From positions 1 to 64,000 of IMG/VR virus record IMGVR_UViG_3300038300_000071: a stretch of 64,000 bases of DNA; one strand, written 5' to 3'. The translations under genes and the position numbers were made by a program. Within the stretch, counting starts at the first letter, position 1, and each line of letters opens with the position of its first letter. The DNA comes from a virus (taxonomy: Duplodnaviria > Caudoviricetes). This document shows, piece by piece, positions 55,679-63,425 of the stretch. Below the pieces are notes generated by a model, which worked only from the letters and a program-made list of their open reading frames with translations, had not been told where the DNA came from and did no database searches.

Positions 55679-55981
55679 GTTTTTTTATATTCTAGCCGTA
55701 TGTAAACAGCTAGGGTCTAAAGATGTCAAGAAAAGTTATCATAAGTCTTTTTAAGTGCAGGCTAGATTGCAATCCTTTTGAGACGATAGAGAATAAGCCA
55801 GACGGGGCGTTGATGATATGGGGATTGAGCAGCATTCCAAGCTGTTATGATTTTCAGAATTATTTAGATTATATCAGAGATGCAATCGATATGAATAAAT
55901 CAAAGTAAAATTCTTCTTTAAAAATTATATTTCTTTTATAAAATTCATATTAGTAAATAAATGCTAACGTGGAGTTTTTAA

Positions 55982-56980
55982 ATGGGATATATCAAGAATC
56001 CTTCTGATAATGGTCAGTTTTGGAGAGAATCAGCGGCTAATGATAGCGCCTCTGTTTGGCATGGTTTTGATAGTAAAAATAACGGTAAAGACAAATTTTT
56101 CAAATCAGAAACATTGCCAAATAATCCAGATACCTTGAAAGAAACTGGAACTGTTTCTTCTAGTGGCGATAGGCTGTTGGCTGGTGTTTATGGAGATATT
56201 CCAAGTGTTTCTCTTTGGACTCCTGAGTCTATTATTACTGACGTTTGGTTTGATGCTTCTGATTCTAGCACCATTACTGAAATTGGGGGCCGAGTTAGTC
56301 AGTTGGATGACAAGAGTAATAATGCTGTACCTCAGAATATTGCTCAAGGGGTTGGATCGGAGCAGCCACAGACAGGAGTTGACACTTTAAATGGTTTGAA
56401 TGTGCTTACATTCGATGAGGCTTTCGATGAGGGTTTACAAAAGAATGGATGGGATAACATCGGTAAAGCGGGTAGTTTTTCTGTCTTTACTGTTGGGAAG
56501 ATGACGTCGAGTACAAATGGAAGCTTCCTAAACCTTCAAGATGATATGCATACTTACAGAAATAGATTTGATCCATATGGAAAGAGAACGTCGAGCAGTG
56601 TTCCAAAGTCCGTCAGTTATACAGAGCCAAGCTCGGCATACATTCTTAACGGAAATGCAAGATATGATGTGAGTCACACACTTCCTGACAGTTATTTCAA
56701 CGTTTTCATAAATGGTACACAAGAGGGTGTTAATGCCTTCTTCGACAATCCATTGCCAGAGAATGCCCCCAGTCCAAGGCTTGCAATGATGACTGCCAAC
56801 AATCCTGCCATTACAAATAGTGGAATAGTTGCAGAAGTTATAATCACCGAGGATATTGATGAAGTGTCTAGACAGAGAGTGGAAGGCTATTTGGCTTGGA
56901 AGTGGGGATTGGTAGACAGTCTTCCATCTAATCACCCTTATAAAAATAAACCTCCATACATTACTAGCGGAAACTTATAG
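55982..56980 (+). CDS. Lectin-like cassette gene 1 (constant N-terminus plus variable LamG/ConA-like domain)
   Basis: MGYIKNPSDNGQ.WRESAA...KSETLPN, then WFDASD...EGYLAWKWG. Confidence 0.8.
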   Translation: MGYIKNPSDNGQFWRESAANDSASVWHGFDSKNNGKDKFFKSETLPNNPDTLKETGTVSSSGDRLLAGVYGDIPSVSLWTPESIITDVWFDASDSSTITEIGGRVSQLDDKSNNAVPQNIAQGVGSEQPQTGVDTLNGLNVLTFDEAFDEGLQKNGWDNIGKAGSFSVFTVGKMTSSTNGSFLNLQDDMHTYRNRFDPYGKRTSSSVPKSVSYTEPSSAYILNGNARYDVSHTLPDSYFNVFINGTQEGVNAFFDNPLPENAPSPRLAMMTANNPAITNSGIVAEVIITEDIDEVSRQRVEGYLAWKWGLVDSLPSNHPYKNKPPYITSGNL

Positions 56981-57043
56981 AGATTAGAGATATTTCTTTT
57001 ATAAAATTCATATTGGTAAATAAATGCTAATATGGAGATTCAA

Positions 57044-57985
57044 ATGGGATATATCAAGAATCCTTCTGATAATGGTCAGTTTTGGAGAGAATCAGCGGCT
57101 AATGACAGCGCTTCTGTTTGGCATGGTTTTGATAGTAAGAATAATGGTAAAGACAAATTTTTCAAATCAGAAACATTGCCAAATAATACAAAGGCTTTAA
57201 GTGAGTCTGGGTCTATTGCTTCTAGTGGTAATAGATTAATTGCTGGGGTTTATGGAGATCAAGCTTCTCTTCCTGCAAGTCTTTGGAATCCTTCTCTGAT
57301 GACATCTGTGGGTTGGTACGATGCTGATGATAGTTCTACAATTACAGAGTCTGCTGGAGCTATTAGCCAATGGGATGATAAGTCTGGGAATGACAATCAT
57401 GCTGTTCAGGGCGTTGGAAGCAAACAGCCAATTTACAATGCAAGTGATCCCGTGTTCGGTGGAAAGCCTTCCATATTGGGCGTTTTGGGTGATTATTTAG
57501 AAACTCCATCTATGTCAATAAATAGAATGTATTTAACTTTATATTTGGACGGTGTGGCAACGGCATGGCCAAATCATAATGCGGTAGTATCAGGGCCTTC
57601 TTTCCGTTTAACGGGTAGAGTTGGTGATGTTCACGTATGGGATGGCCCTAGAGACAATAAGAATTTTGATTTTAATGGAAGTACATTTAGGGATGGAAGT
57701 ACTGTTGATGTTAATTACGATCCAACTGGTTTGCCGATGGCGGGTGACATCTTTAGGATAAACGCTGAAAGCACAAAGACTCAAGTTTGGAGGTTGATGG
57801 GGAATACTCAAACATATACAACTTGGCATGGTGGTTTGGCAGAGGTGATATTTACAGACGGATCAGAGGATTTCAACACACAGCAAAAAATAGAAGGTTA
57901 CCTTGCTTGGAAGTGGGGATTTGTGGACAAGTTTCCAGCTGAGCATCCTTACAAGTCAGCTCCTCCATATATAGATGCTTATTAA
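57044..57985 (+). CDS. Lectin-like cassette gene 2
   Basis: Same architecture; start aligned to the paralogs. Confidence 0.8.
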   Translation: MGYIKNPSDNGQFWRESAANDSASVWHGFDSKNNGKDKFFKSETLPNNTKALSESGSIASSGNRLIAGVYGDQASLPASLWNPSLMTSVGWYDADDSSTITESAGAISQWDDKSGNDNHAVQGVGSKQPIYNASDPVFGGKPSILGVLGDYLETPSMSINRMYLTLYLDGVATAWPNHNAVVSGPSFRLTGRVGDVHVWDGPRDNKNFDFNGSTFRDGSTVDVNYDPTGLPMAGDIFRINAESTKTQVWRLMGNTQTYTTWHGGLAEVIFTDGSEDFNTQQKIEGYLAWKWGFVDKFPAEHPYKSAPPYIDAY

Positions 57986-58054
57986 GATCATTTAAAAATT
58001 ATATTTCTTTTATAAAATTCATGTTAGTAAATAAATGCTAATATGGAGATTTAA

Positions 58055-58996
58055 ATGGGATATATCAAGAATCCTTCTGACAATGGTCAGTCTTGGAGAG
58101 AATCAGCCGCTGATAATTCGGCTATCCGTTGGCATGGTTTCGATAGTAAGAATAATGGTAAAGACAAATTTTTCAAATCAGAAACATTACCAAATGATCC
58201 AGACGCACTTGTTGCTGCTGGAGTCAATGCTTCTAGCGGTGATAGACTATTGGCTGGTGTTTATGGAGATATTCCAAGTGTTAATCTTTGGACTCCTGCT
58301 GGAGTCGTTACAGAACTTTGGCTTGATGCCACCGATGCTTCAACTATTACAGAATTATCTGGATCTGTGAGTCAGTGGGATGATAAGAGTGGTAGCGGTA
58401 ACGACTTCCCTCAGGGAAATGCATCCAGACAACCTATAACGGGAGTAAGAACTCTCAATGGCCTAAATGTTCTCGATTTCGATGGTGGTGATAGCATGCA
58501 AAGAGGGAGTTTGGCGAATGTGGCGAATGACTTCATTATGGTAGGAGTTTGGGATGTAGATTCGGGCGCAACACTGTTTTCAGAAACAGGTTCTCCTCAG
58601 GCTTGGAATGCAACAACTGCTGGTCTCACTACGCAATTGGATGGCACTATGCTTTACTCTGGAGGCACGATAAGCGGAGCAACTGTCGTTTCTTTTGATA
58701 TGAATCCTACGGGCCTTAATGCAGAGGCTTTTGTAAACGGAGAAAGTCAGGCAATACTTGCTCTGACGCAAAGCCTTGGAAATAGTACTGCCCGTATAGC
58801 TGCGAACTTTGTTGGCGGTTCTAATGTAGTTGGAGGAATGGGTGAAATGGTTATCTCCGATGACCGATCAGTAGAAACTCGTCAAAAGATCGAAGGATAC
58901 TTGGCTTGGAAGTGGGGTACGGAATCTGATCTTCCAGTTGGACATCCGTATAAGAACAAACCTCCATATATCACTAGTGGAAGTTTATTAGTTTAA
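58055..58996 (+). CDS. Lectin-like cassette gene 3
   Basis: Same architecture. Confidence 0.8.
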   Translation: MGYIKNPSDNGQSWRESAADNSAIRWHGFDSKNNGKDKFFKSETLPNDPDALVAAGVNASSGDRLLAGVYGDIPSVNLWTPAGVVTELWLDATDASTITELSGSVSQWDDKSGSGNDFPQGNASRQPITGVRTLNGLNVLDFDGGDSMQRGSLANVANDFIMVGVWDVDSGATLFSETGSPQAWNATTAGLTTQLDGTMLYSGGTISGATVVSFDMNPTGLNAEAFVNGESQAILALTQSLGNSTARIAANFVGGSNVVGGMGEMVISDDRSVETRQKIEGYLAWKWGTESDLPVGHPYKNKPPYITSGSLLV

Positions 58997-59054
58997 AAGG
59001 ATATTTCTTTTATAAAATTCATGTTGGTAAATAAGTGCTAATATGGAGATTTAA

Positions 59055-59996
59055 ATGGGATATATCAAGAATCCTTCTGACAACGGACAGTTTTGGAGAG
59101 AATCAGCGGCCAATGATAGTGCTTCTGTTTGGCACGGTTTTGATAGTAAAAATAATGGTAAAGATAAATTTTTCAAATCAGAAACATTGCCAAATGATCC
59201 AAAATCTTTAATTGCATCTGGAGCTATTGCTTCTAGTGGCGATAGATTTTTAGCTGGTGTTTATGGTGATCTTCCAAAAGTTTCTCTTTGGACTCCTGCA
59301 AAAATAGCCACATCTCTTTGGCTGGATGCCTCTGATCCTGCTACAATAACTGAGTCGGTAGGATCGGTCAGTCAGTGGGATGATAAGTCTGGAAATGGTA
59401 ACAATGTAATACAAGCCTCAGGAGTCAATCAGCCAGAAACTGGAGTAAGAGATATTAATGGATTAAACGTTCTTGATTTTGATGGCTCGGACAGCATGAC
59501 AAGAGGGGCTTTGGCGAGCAGATCTGATGATTTCATTGTGGTTGGCGTTTGGTATGTGGATTTTGTTATTTCAAGTCGCAGGAAGAATACGATGTTCGCA
59601 CAATCTGGGATATCTCAAGATTGGAATATGACAACCTCCGATATAGTCTTGCAGAGTGATGGATCTGATGCTTATTCTGGAGGCGTTTTGGCTGGTGTTA
59701 GTAGTATTATTTCTTATGATGTTAATTTTTCTGGATTGAATACTGAGGCTTTTATTAATGGTTCCAGTGAAGCGAATGTTGTGATGTCTCAGTCAGTAGG
59801 AAATTCCACAACAAATATTGGCATAGGGTTTACCGCTTCGAATTTCAATTTTTTCGGAGGTATGGGAGAGATTATTATCTCTAACGATAGATCTGTATCA
59901 ACTCGTCAAAAAATAGAAGGCTATCTTGCTTGGAAGTGGGATCAAGTTTCCAAGCTTCCTGCTGATCATCCTTATAAGAATGTACCACCCTGTTGA
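59055..59996 (+). CDS. Lectin-like cassette gene 4
   Basis: Same architecture. Confidence 0.8.
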   Translation: MGYIKNPSDNGQFWRESAANDSASVWHGFDSKNNGKDKFFKSETLPNDPKSLIASGAIASSGDRFLAGVYGDLPKVSLWTPAKIATSLWLDASDPATITESVGSVSQWDDKSGNGNNVIQASGVNQPETGVRDINGLNVLDFDGSDSMTRGALASRSDDFIVVGVWYVDFVISSRRKNTMFAQSGISQDWNMTTSDIVLQSDGSDAYSGGVLAGVSSIISYDVNFSGLNTEAFINGSSEANVVMSQSVGNSTTNIGIGFTASNFNFFGGMGEIIISNDRSVSTRQKIEGYLAWKWDQVSKLPADHPYKNVPPC

Positions 59997-60041
59997 TGGT
60001 GGTTGACTGAATCTTTATAAATACTAACATGGAGTTTTTAA

Positions 60042-60986
60042 ATGGGATATATCAAGAATCCTTCTGACAATGGTCAGTCTTGGAGAGAATCAGCGGCCAA
60101 TGATAGCGCTTCTATCTGGCATGGTTTCGATAGTAAGAATAATGGTAAAGACAAATTCTTTAAATCAGAAACATTGCCCAATGGTACAAAGGCTTTAAGT
60201 GAGTCTGGGTCTATTGCTTCTAGTGGTAATAGATTATTAGCTGGTGTTTATGGTAATCAATCTTCACTTCCTGCAAGCCTTTGGACTCCTAACAATATAA
60301 CTACATCAGCTTGGTTTGATGCTTCTGATGCGTCAACTATCACAGAGTCTGCCAATAAAGTTTCTCAATGGGATGATAAAAGTGGAAATAGCAAACACGC
60401 TGTGCAAGCAACTGGATCTCAACAACCGACCTATAAGCCTACCGATGCTAATATGAATGGGATGGGTAGTATCGGAGTTACAAGTAATACTGGAGCGAAA
60501 GGATTAGAAGTACCATCATTCGGAGCGAAGATTTGCTATACAGTCATTAGAAATGACAACGCCAACTTCTCATCATTCGATGTGCTGCTTGCAGGTGCGC
60601 TTGATAGATACCTTGTTCGTGGTAGTTCAGGAACTCCAGACTTCTATACTATCGGAACTCTTGAGTTCAATGATTTTACATATAAGAATGGTTCCACGGT
60701 AAGCACGGCCTTAAACGTACTTCCAATGCCGACAGCAACGATTTTCAAATTTGAAAGTGCCGCAATAAGAGAGCAGACATGGAGTTTCGGGTTTGGTAAT
60801 CAATGGGCTGGCAATAATAGAACATGGGATGGTGCTTATTCAGAGTTTATATTTACAGATGGAACTGAGGACTTATCTACACAGCAAAAGATCGAAGGAT
60901 ACCTAGCTTGGAAATGGGGAACAGAAGCTTCATTGCCTGTTAGTCATCCTTACAAGTCAGCTCCTCCATATATAGATGCTTATTAA
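60042..60986 (+). CDS. Lectin-like cassette gene 5
   Basis: Same architecture. Confidence 0.8.
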   Translation: MGYIKNPSDNGQSWRESAANDSASIWHGFDSKNNGKDKFFKSETLPNGTKALSESGSIASSGNRLLAGVYGNQSSLPASLWTPNNITTSAWFDASDASTITESANKVSQWDDKSGNSKHAVQATGSQQPTYKPTDANMNGMGSIGVTSNTGAKGLEVPSFGAKICYTVIRNDNANFSSFDVLLAGALDRYLVRGSSGTPDFYTIGTLEFNDFTYKNGSTVSTALNVLPMPTATIFKFESAAIREQTWSFGFGNQWAGNNRTWDGAYSEFIFTDGTEDLSTQQKIEGYLAWKWGTEASLPVSHPYKSAPPYIDAY

Positions 60987-61044
60987 TAGGATATTTCTTT
61001 TATAACTTTGTATTAGTAAATAAATGCTAACGTGGAGATTTTAA

Positions 61045-62076
61045 ATGGGATATATCAAGAATCCTTCTGACAATGGTCAGTTTTGGAGAGAATCAGCGGC
61101 TAATGATAGCGCTTCTATCTGGCATGGTTTCGATAGTAAGAATAATGGTAAAGACAAATTTTTCAAATCAGAGACATTGCCAAATGATCCAGCCGCACTT
61201 TCTGCCGCTGGAGTTAATGCTTCCAATGGAGATAGATTTTTAGCTGGTGTTTATGGAGATCAGTCTTCACTTCCTGCAAGCCTTTGGAATCCCGCTGAAA
61301 TATCCACTGAAGCTTGGTTCGATGCCAATGATGCTTCAACTATTACAGAATCAGCAGGAGCTGTAAGTCAGTGGGATGACAAGTCTGGCAATGTAAGAAA
61401 TCTTATTAACGCAACTGGCGTTCAACAGCCAATGACTGGAATTAGAACAATAGGCGGTTTAAACGCCCTAGATGCCGACGGGGTTACTCAACACCTATAT
61501 AACATTACAAACTTTGCATTTCCTGCCAGTGGAAACTTTATGGTGTTTGCGGTTGCAGTAGTAGACTCTTGCAGTGACAGAAATCAAGCTATATGGGCTT
61601 GGGATGATGATGTTGATATACAACTTGATAGTGCGCAAAACATTAATGAGTTCAGAGGTCGATTGTTTAACACTGACCCGACAAATCAAAACTTGCTATA
61701 CTCAACTAGCGACCCTGCACCATCTGGCTCAGTTATCGGACTAGACACGATGTGGACTACGGTCATGGACTTCACCGCAACGGAGAGTCACTTATATCGG
61801 AACGGACTTAATAGTGTGCTTAATCCAACAAAACTATATGCTAACAAGGTAACTAGTACTGGATTGCAACAGTTTACTGCGTTTCTAGGTGGATTCCCTA
61901 TTGCGTTTACTCATTTGCTTGATGGCGCAATAGGAGAGTTGCTTATGGTAGAAGGAACTGACACTATTACTCAACAAAAGATGGAAGGCTATCTTGCTTG
62001 GAAGTGGGGACTAGTCGCTAAACTCCCATCTGGTCATCCTTACAAGTCAGCTCCTCCATATATAGATGCTTATTAA
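61045..62076 (+). CDS. Lectin-like cassette gene 6
   Basis: Same architecture. Confidence 0.8.
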   Translation: MGYIKNPSDNGQFWRESAANDSASIWHGFDSKNNGKDKFFKSETLPNDPAALSAAGVNASNGDRFLAGVYGDQSSLPASLWNPAEISTEAWFDANDASTITESAGAVSQWDDKSGNVRNLINATGVQQPMTGIRTIGGLNALDADGVTQHLYNITNFAFPASGNFMVFAVAVVDSCSDRNQAIWAWDDDVDIQLDSAQNINEFRGRLFNTDPTNQNLLYSTSDPAPSGSVIGLDTMWTTVMDFTATESHLYRNGLNSVLNPTKLYANKVTSTGLQQFTAFLGGFPIAFTHLLDGAIGELLMVEGTDTITQQKMEGYLAWKWGLVAKLPSGHPYKSAPPYIDAY

Positions 62077-62079
62077 TAG

Positions 62080-62221
62080 GATATTTCTTTTATAAAATTC
62101 GTATTAGTAAATAGCTTGGTACGACCCATCAGATGAGAGCACTATAACTGAATCGGCAGGAGCGGTATCTCAGCTTGATGATAAGAGTGGTAATGATTAC
62201 GACCTCGTTCAAGCTTCTGGA
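62080..62221 (+). pseudogene. Remnant of a seventh cassette
   Basis: Upstream element GATATTTCTTTTATAAAATTC.TATTAGTAAATA fused directly to AWYDPSDESTITESAGAVSQLDDKSGNDYDLVQASG (62114-62221); no start codon. Confidence 0.8.
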
Positions 62222-62277
62222 GAATTAGTCATTAAGTCTAGATTGAGAGAATAAGTGATAAAAACTCTAAAAAGAAC

Positions 62278-62306
62278 TTGCAATTAACTATTTATCATGG
62301 TATATT
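62278..62306 (+). promoter_or_regulatory. Sigma70 promoter of tRNA cluster 2
   Basis: TTGCAA-17 nt-TATATT with extended TG. Confidence 0.8.
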
Positions 62307-62362
62307 GGTTACACAGAAGAAAAAAGTATTATTAAAAACAATTTAAAAGAAAGAGATTTAAA

Positions 62363-62440
62363 ATGAAATTTTCAAGCTACAATTTAAGCAATTGTTCGAG
62401 TTACTTATATAGTAATTCGTATGATCCTGTGCTTAAATGA
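62363..62440 (+). CDS. Putative attenuator leader peptide 2 (MKFSSYNLSNCSSYLYSNSYDPVLK)
   Basis: 25 codons; codons 4-20 are all S/Y/N/L(TTA)/C, matching the downstream tRNAs. Confidence 0.85.
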   Translation: MKFSSYNLSNCSSYLYSNSYDPVLK

Positions 62441-62465
62441 GGTAGCAAATAATTTTAAATATTTG

Positions 62466-62506
62466 AATCCCCTTTTGAGCTAATCACTCAGAAGGGGATT
62501 TTTTTT
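62466..62506 (+). terminator. Attenuator terminator upstream of tRNA cluster 2
   Basis: AATCCCCTTTTGAG/CTCAGAAGGGGATT 14-bp stem plus T run. Confidence 0.88.
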
Positions 62507-62519
62507 GTTTGGATTTTAT

Positions 62520-62609
62520 GGAGATAGTCCGGCATGGACGAGGACACTGTTTTGAAAGCAGCTGCGCACTAATACGGCGTCGAGGGTTCGATTCCCTCTG
62601 TCTCCGCCA
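62520..62609 (+). tRNA. tRNA-Ser(TGA), with encoded CCA
   Basis: GGAGATA/TGTCTCC-G-CCA, loop TTTGAAA, long variable arm. Confidence 0.88.
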
Positions 62610-62641
62610 TTTTTAAAAGATAGGAAAGTAAGAAGTTAAAT

Positions 62642-62714
62642 GAACAATTGGCCGATTGGATATAGGCGCAGGATTGCAAACCCTGTTAGGCGAGTTCGAT
62701 TCTCGCATTGTTCT
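62642..62714 (+). tRNA. tRNA-Cys(GCA)
   Basis: GAACAAT/ATTGTTC, loop TTGCAAA, U73. Confidence 0.88.
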
Positions 62715-62718
62715 CTAA

Positions 62719-62808
62719 GGAATGGTATAACGAAATTGGTATCGTCGCTGGTTGCTAACCAGTTCAGCAGGTTAAATGGCTGTGTGGGTTCGAGTCCCAC
62801 TCATTCCG
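62719..62808 (+). tRNA. tRNA-Ser(GCT)
   Basis: GGAATGG/TCATTCC-G, loop TTGCTAA, long variable arm. Confidence 0.9.
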
Positions 62809-62828
62809 CTTTAATGAAGAAGTTTGAA

Positions 62829-62905
62829 GTGTATATTTGTCCAAGGTGGCGATATGTTACGCATTGTAGTTCAGGAACTAGGTTCGAGTCCTAGCTTATA
62901 TGCAC
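62829..62905 (+). ncRNA. Atypical tRNA-like element (possible CAT anticodon; non-canonical geometry)
   Basis: GTGTATAT/ATATGCAC stem, CTAGG-TTCGAGT-CCTAG T arm, irregular D and anticodon arms. Confidence 0.45.
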
Positions 62906-62913
62906 TTTTTTTT

Positions 62914-62986
62914 GATGGAGTAACCAAATTGGTATTGGTCTTGCCTGTTAAGCAAGTATGAGTGAGTTCGATTCTCATCTCCATCT
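62914..62986 (+). tRNA. tRNA-Asn(GTT)
   Basis: GATGGAG/CTCCATC, CTTGC-CTGTTAA-GCAAG; unusual U discriminator. Confidence 0.8.
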
Positions 62987-62990
62987 TTTT

Positions 62991-63062
62991 AGGCGTGTAT
63001 CTCAATGGTAGAGACTTCGGTTGTTACCCGAAAGGTTGCTGGTTCGAGTCCAGCCGTGCCTG
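62991..63062 (+). tRNA. tRNA-Asn(GTT), second copy
   Basis: AGGCGTG/CGTGCCT-G, TTCGG-TTGTTAC-CCGAA. Confidence 0.88.
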
Positions 63063-63078
63063 TTGTTAGTAAGAATAA

Positions 63079-63160
63079 GCCGCTGTGGGGGAATTGGCAT
63101 ACCCGACGAGTTTAAGCCTCGTTGCCTTTGTGCATGAGAGTTCGAATCTCTCCAGCGGTA
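63079..63160 (+). tRNA. tRNA-Leu(TAA)
   Basis: GCCGCTG/CAGCGGT-A, ACGAG-TTTAAGC-CTCGT, long variable arm. Confidence 0.9.
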
Positions 63161-63167
63161 TTAACAT

Positions 63168-63241
63168 AGCTCTGTAGCCGAATTGGCATAGGCGGCAGTC
63201 TCAAAAACTGTAATTTACAGGTTCGAGTCCTGTCAGAGCTA
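63168..63241 (+). tRNA. tRNA with CAA anticodon (Leu) and short variable loop
   Basis: AGCTCTG/CAGAGCT-A, GCAGT-CTCAAAA-ACTGT, variable loop AATTT. Confidence 0.8.
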
Positions 63242-63245
63242 CTAT

Positions 63246-63320
63246 GTATTCATAGCTTAATGGTAAAGCGCAGTAGCAAATTGTATGAGCAAGATGTTGG
63301 TTCGATTCCAGCTGAATACG
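63246..63320 (+). pseudogene. tRNA-like element with intact acceptor, D and T arms but no anticodon stem
   Basis: GTATTCA/TGAATAC, GCTT-AATGGT-AAAGC, GTTGG-TTCGATT-CCAGC. Confidence 0.6.
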
Positions 63321-63339
63321 TTAATGGAAATAAATATAA

Positions 63340-63421
63340 GTCGTCGTATATGTCTAAGGAGGACATCCAGTCTGTAAAACTGGCGCTTTGAGCTCGGTGG
63401 GATCGTTACCCACAGGCGACA
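63340..63421 (+). tRNA. tRNA-Tyr(GTA)
   Basis: CCAGT-CTGTAAA-ACTGG, long variable arm, T loop ATCGTTA, A73. Confidence 0.8.
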
Positions 63422-63425
63422 TTTT

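Noticed and set aside
55982-62076. Diversity-generating retroelement or invertible shufflon as the source of cassette variation
   Set aside because: No reverse transcriptase or recombinase in the window, all copies on one strand, and differences are not adenine-specific.
52514-62506. T-box riboswitch as the regulator of the tRNA clusters
   Set aside because: No T-box AGGGTGGNACCGCG motif or stem I; codon-matched short ORFs explain the layout better.
62640-62894. 84-aa plus-strand ORF in the track
   Set aside because: Overlaps tRNA-Cys, tRNA-Ser and a tRNA-like element; it is a translation of tRNA sequence.
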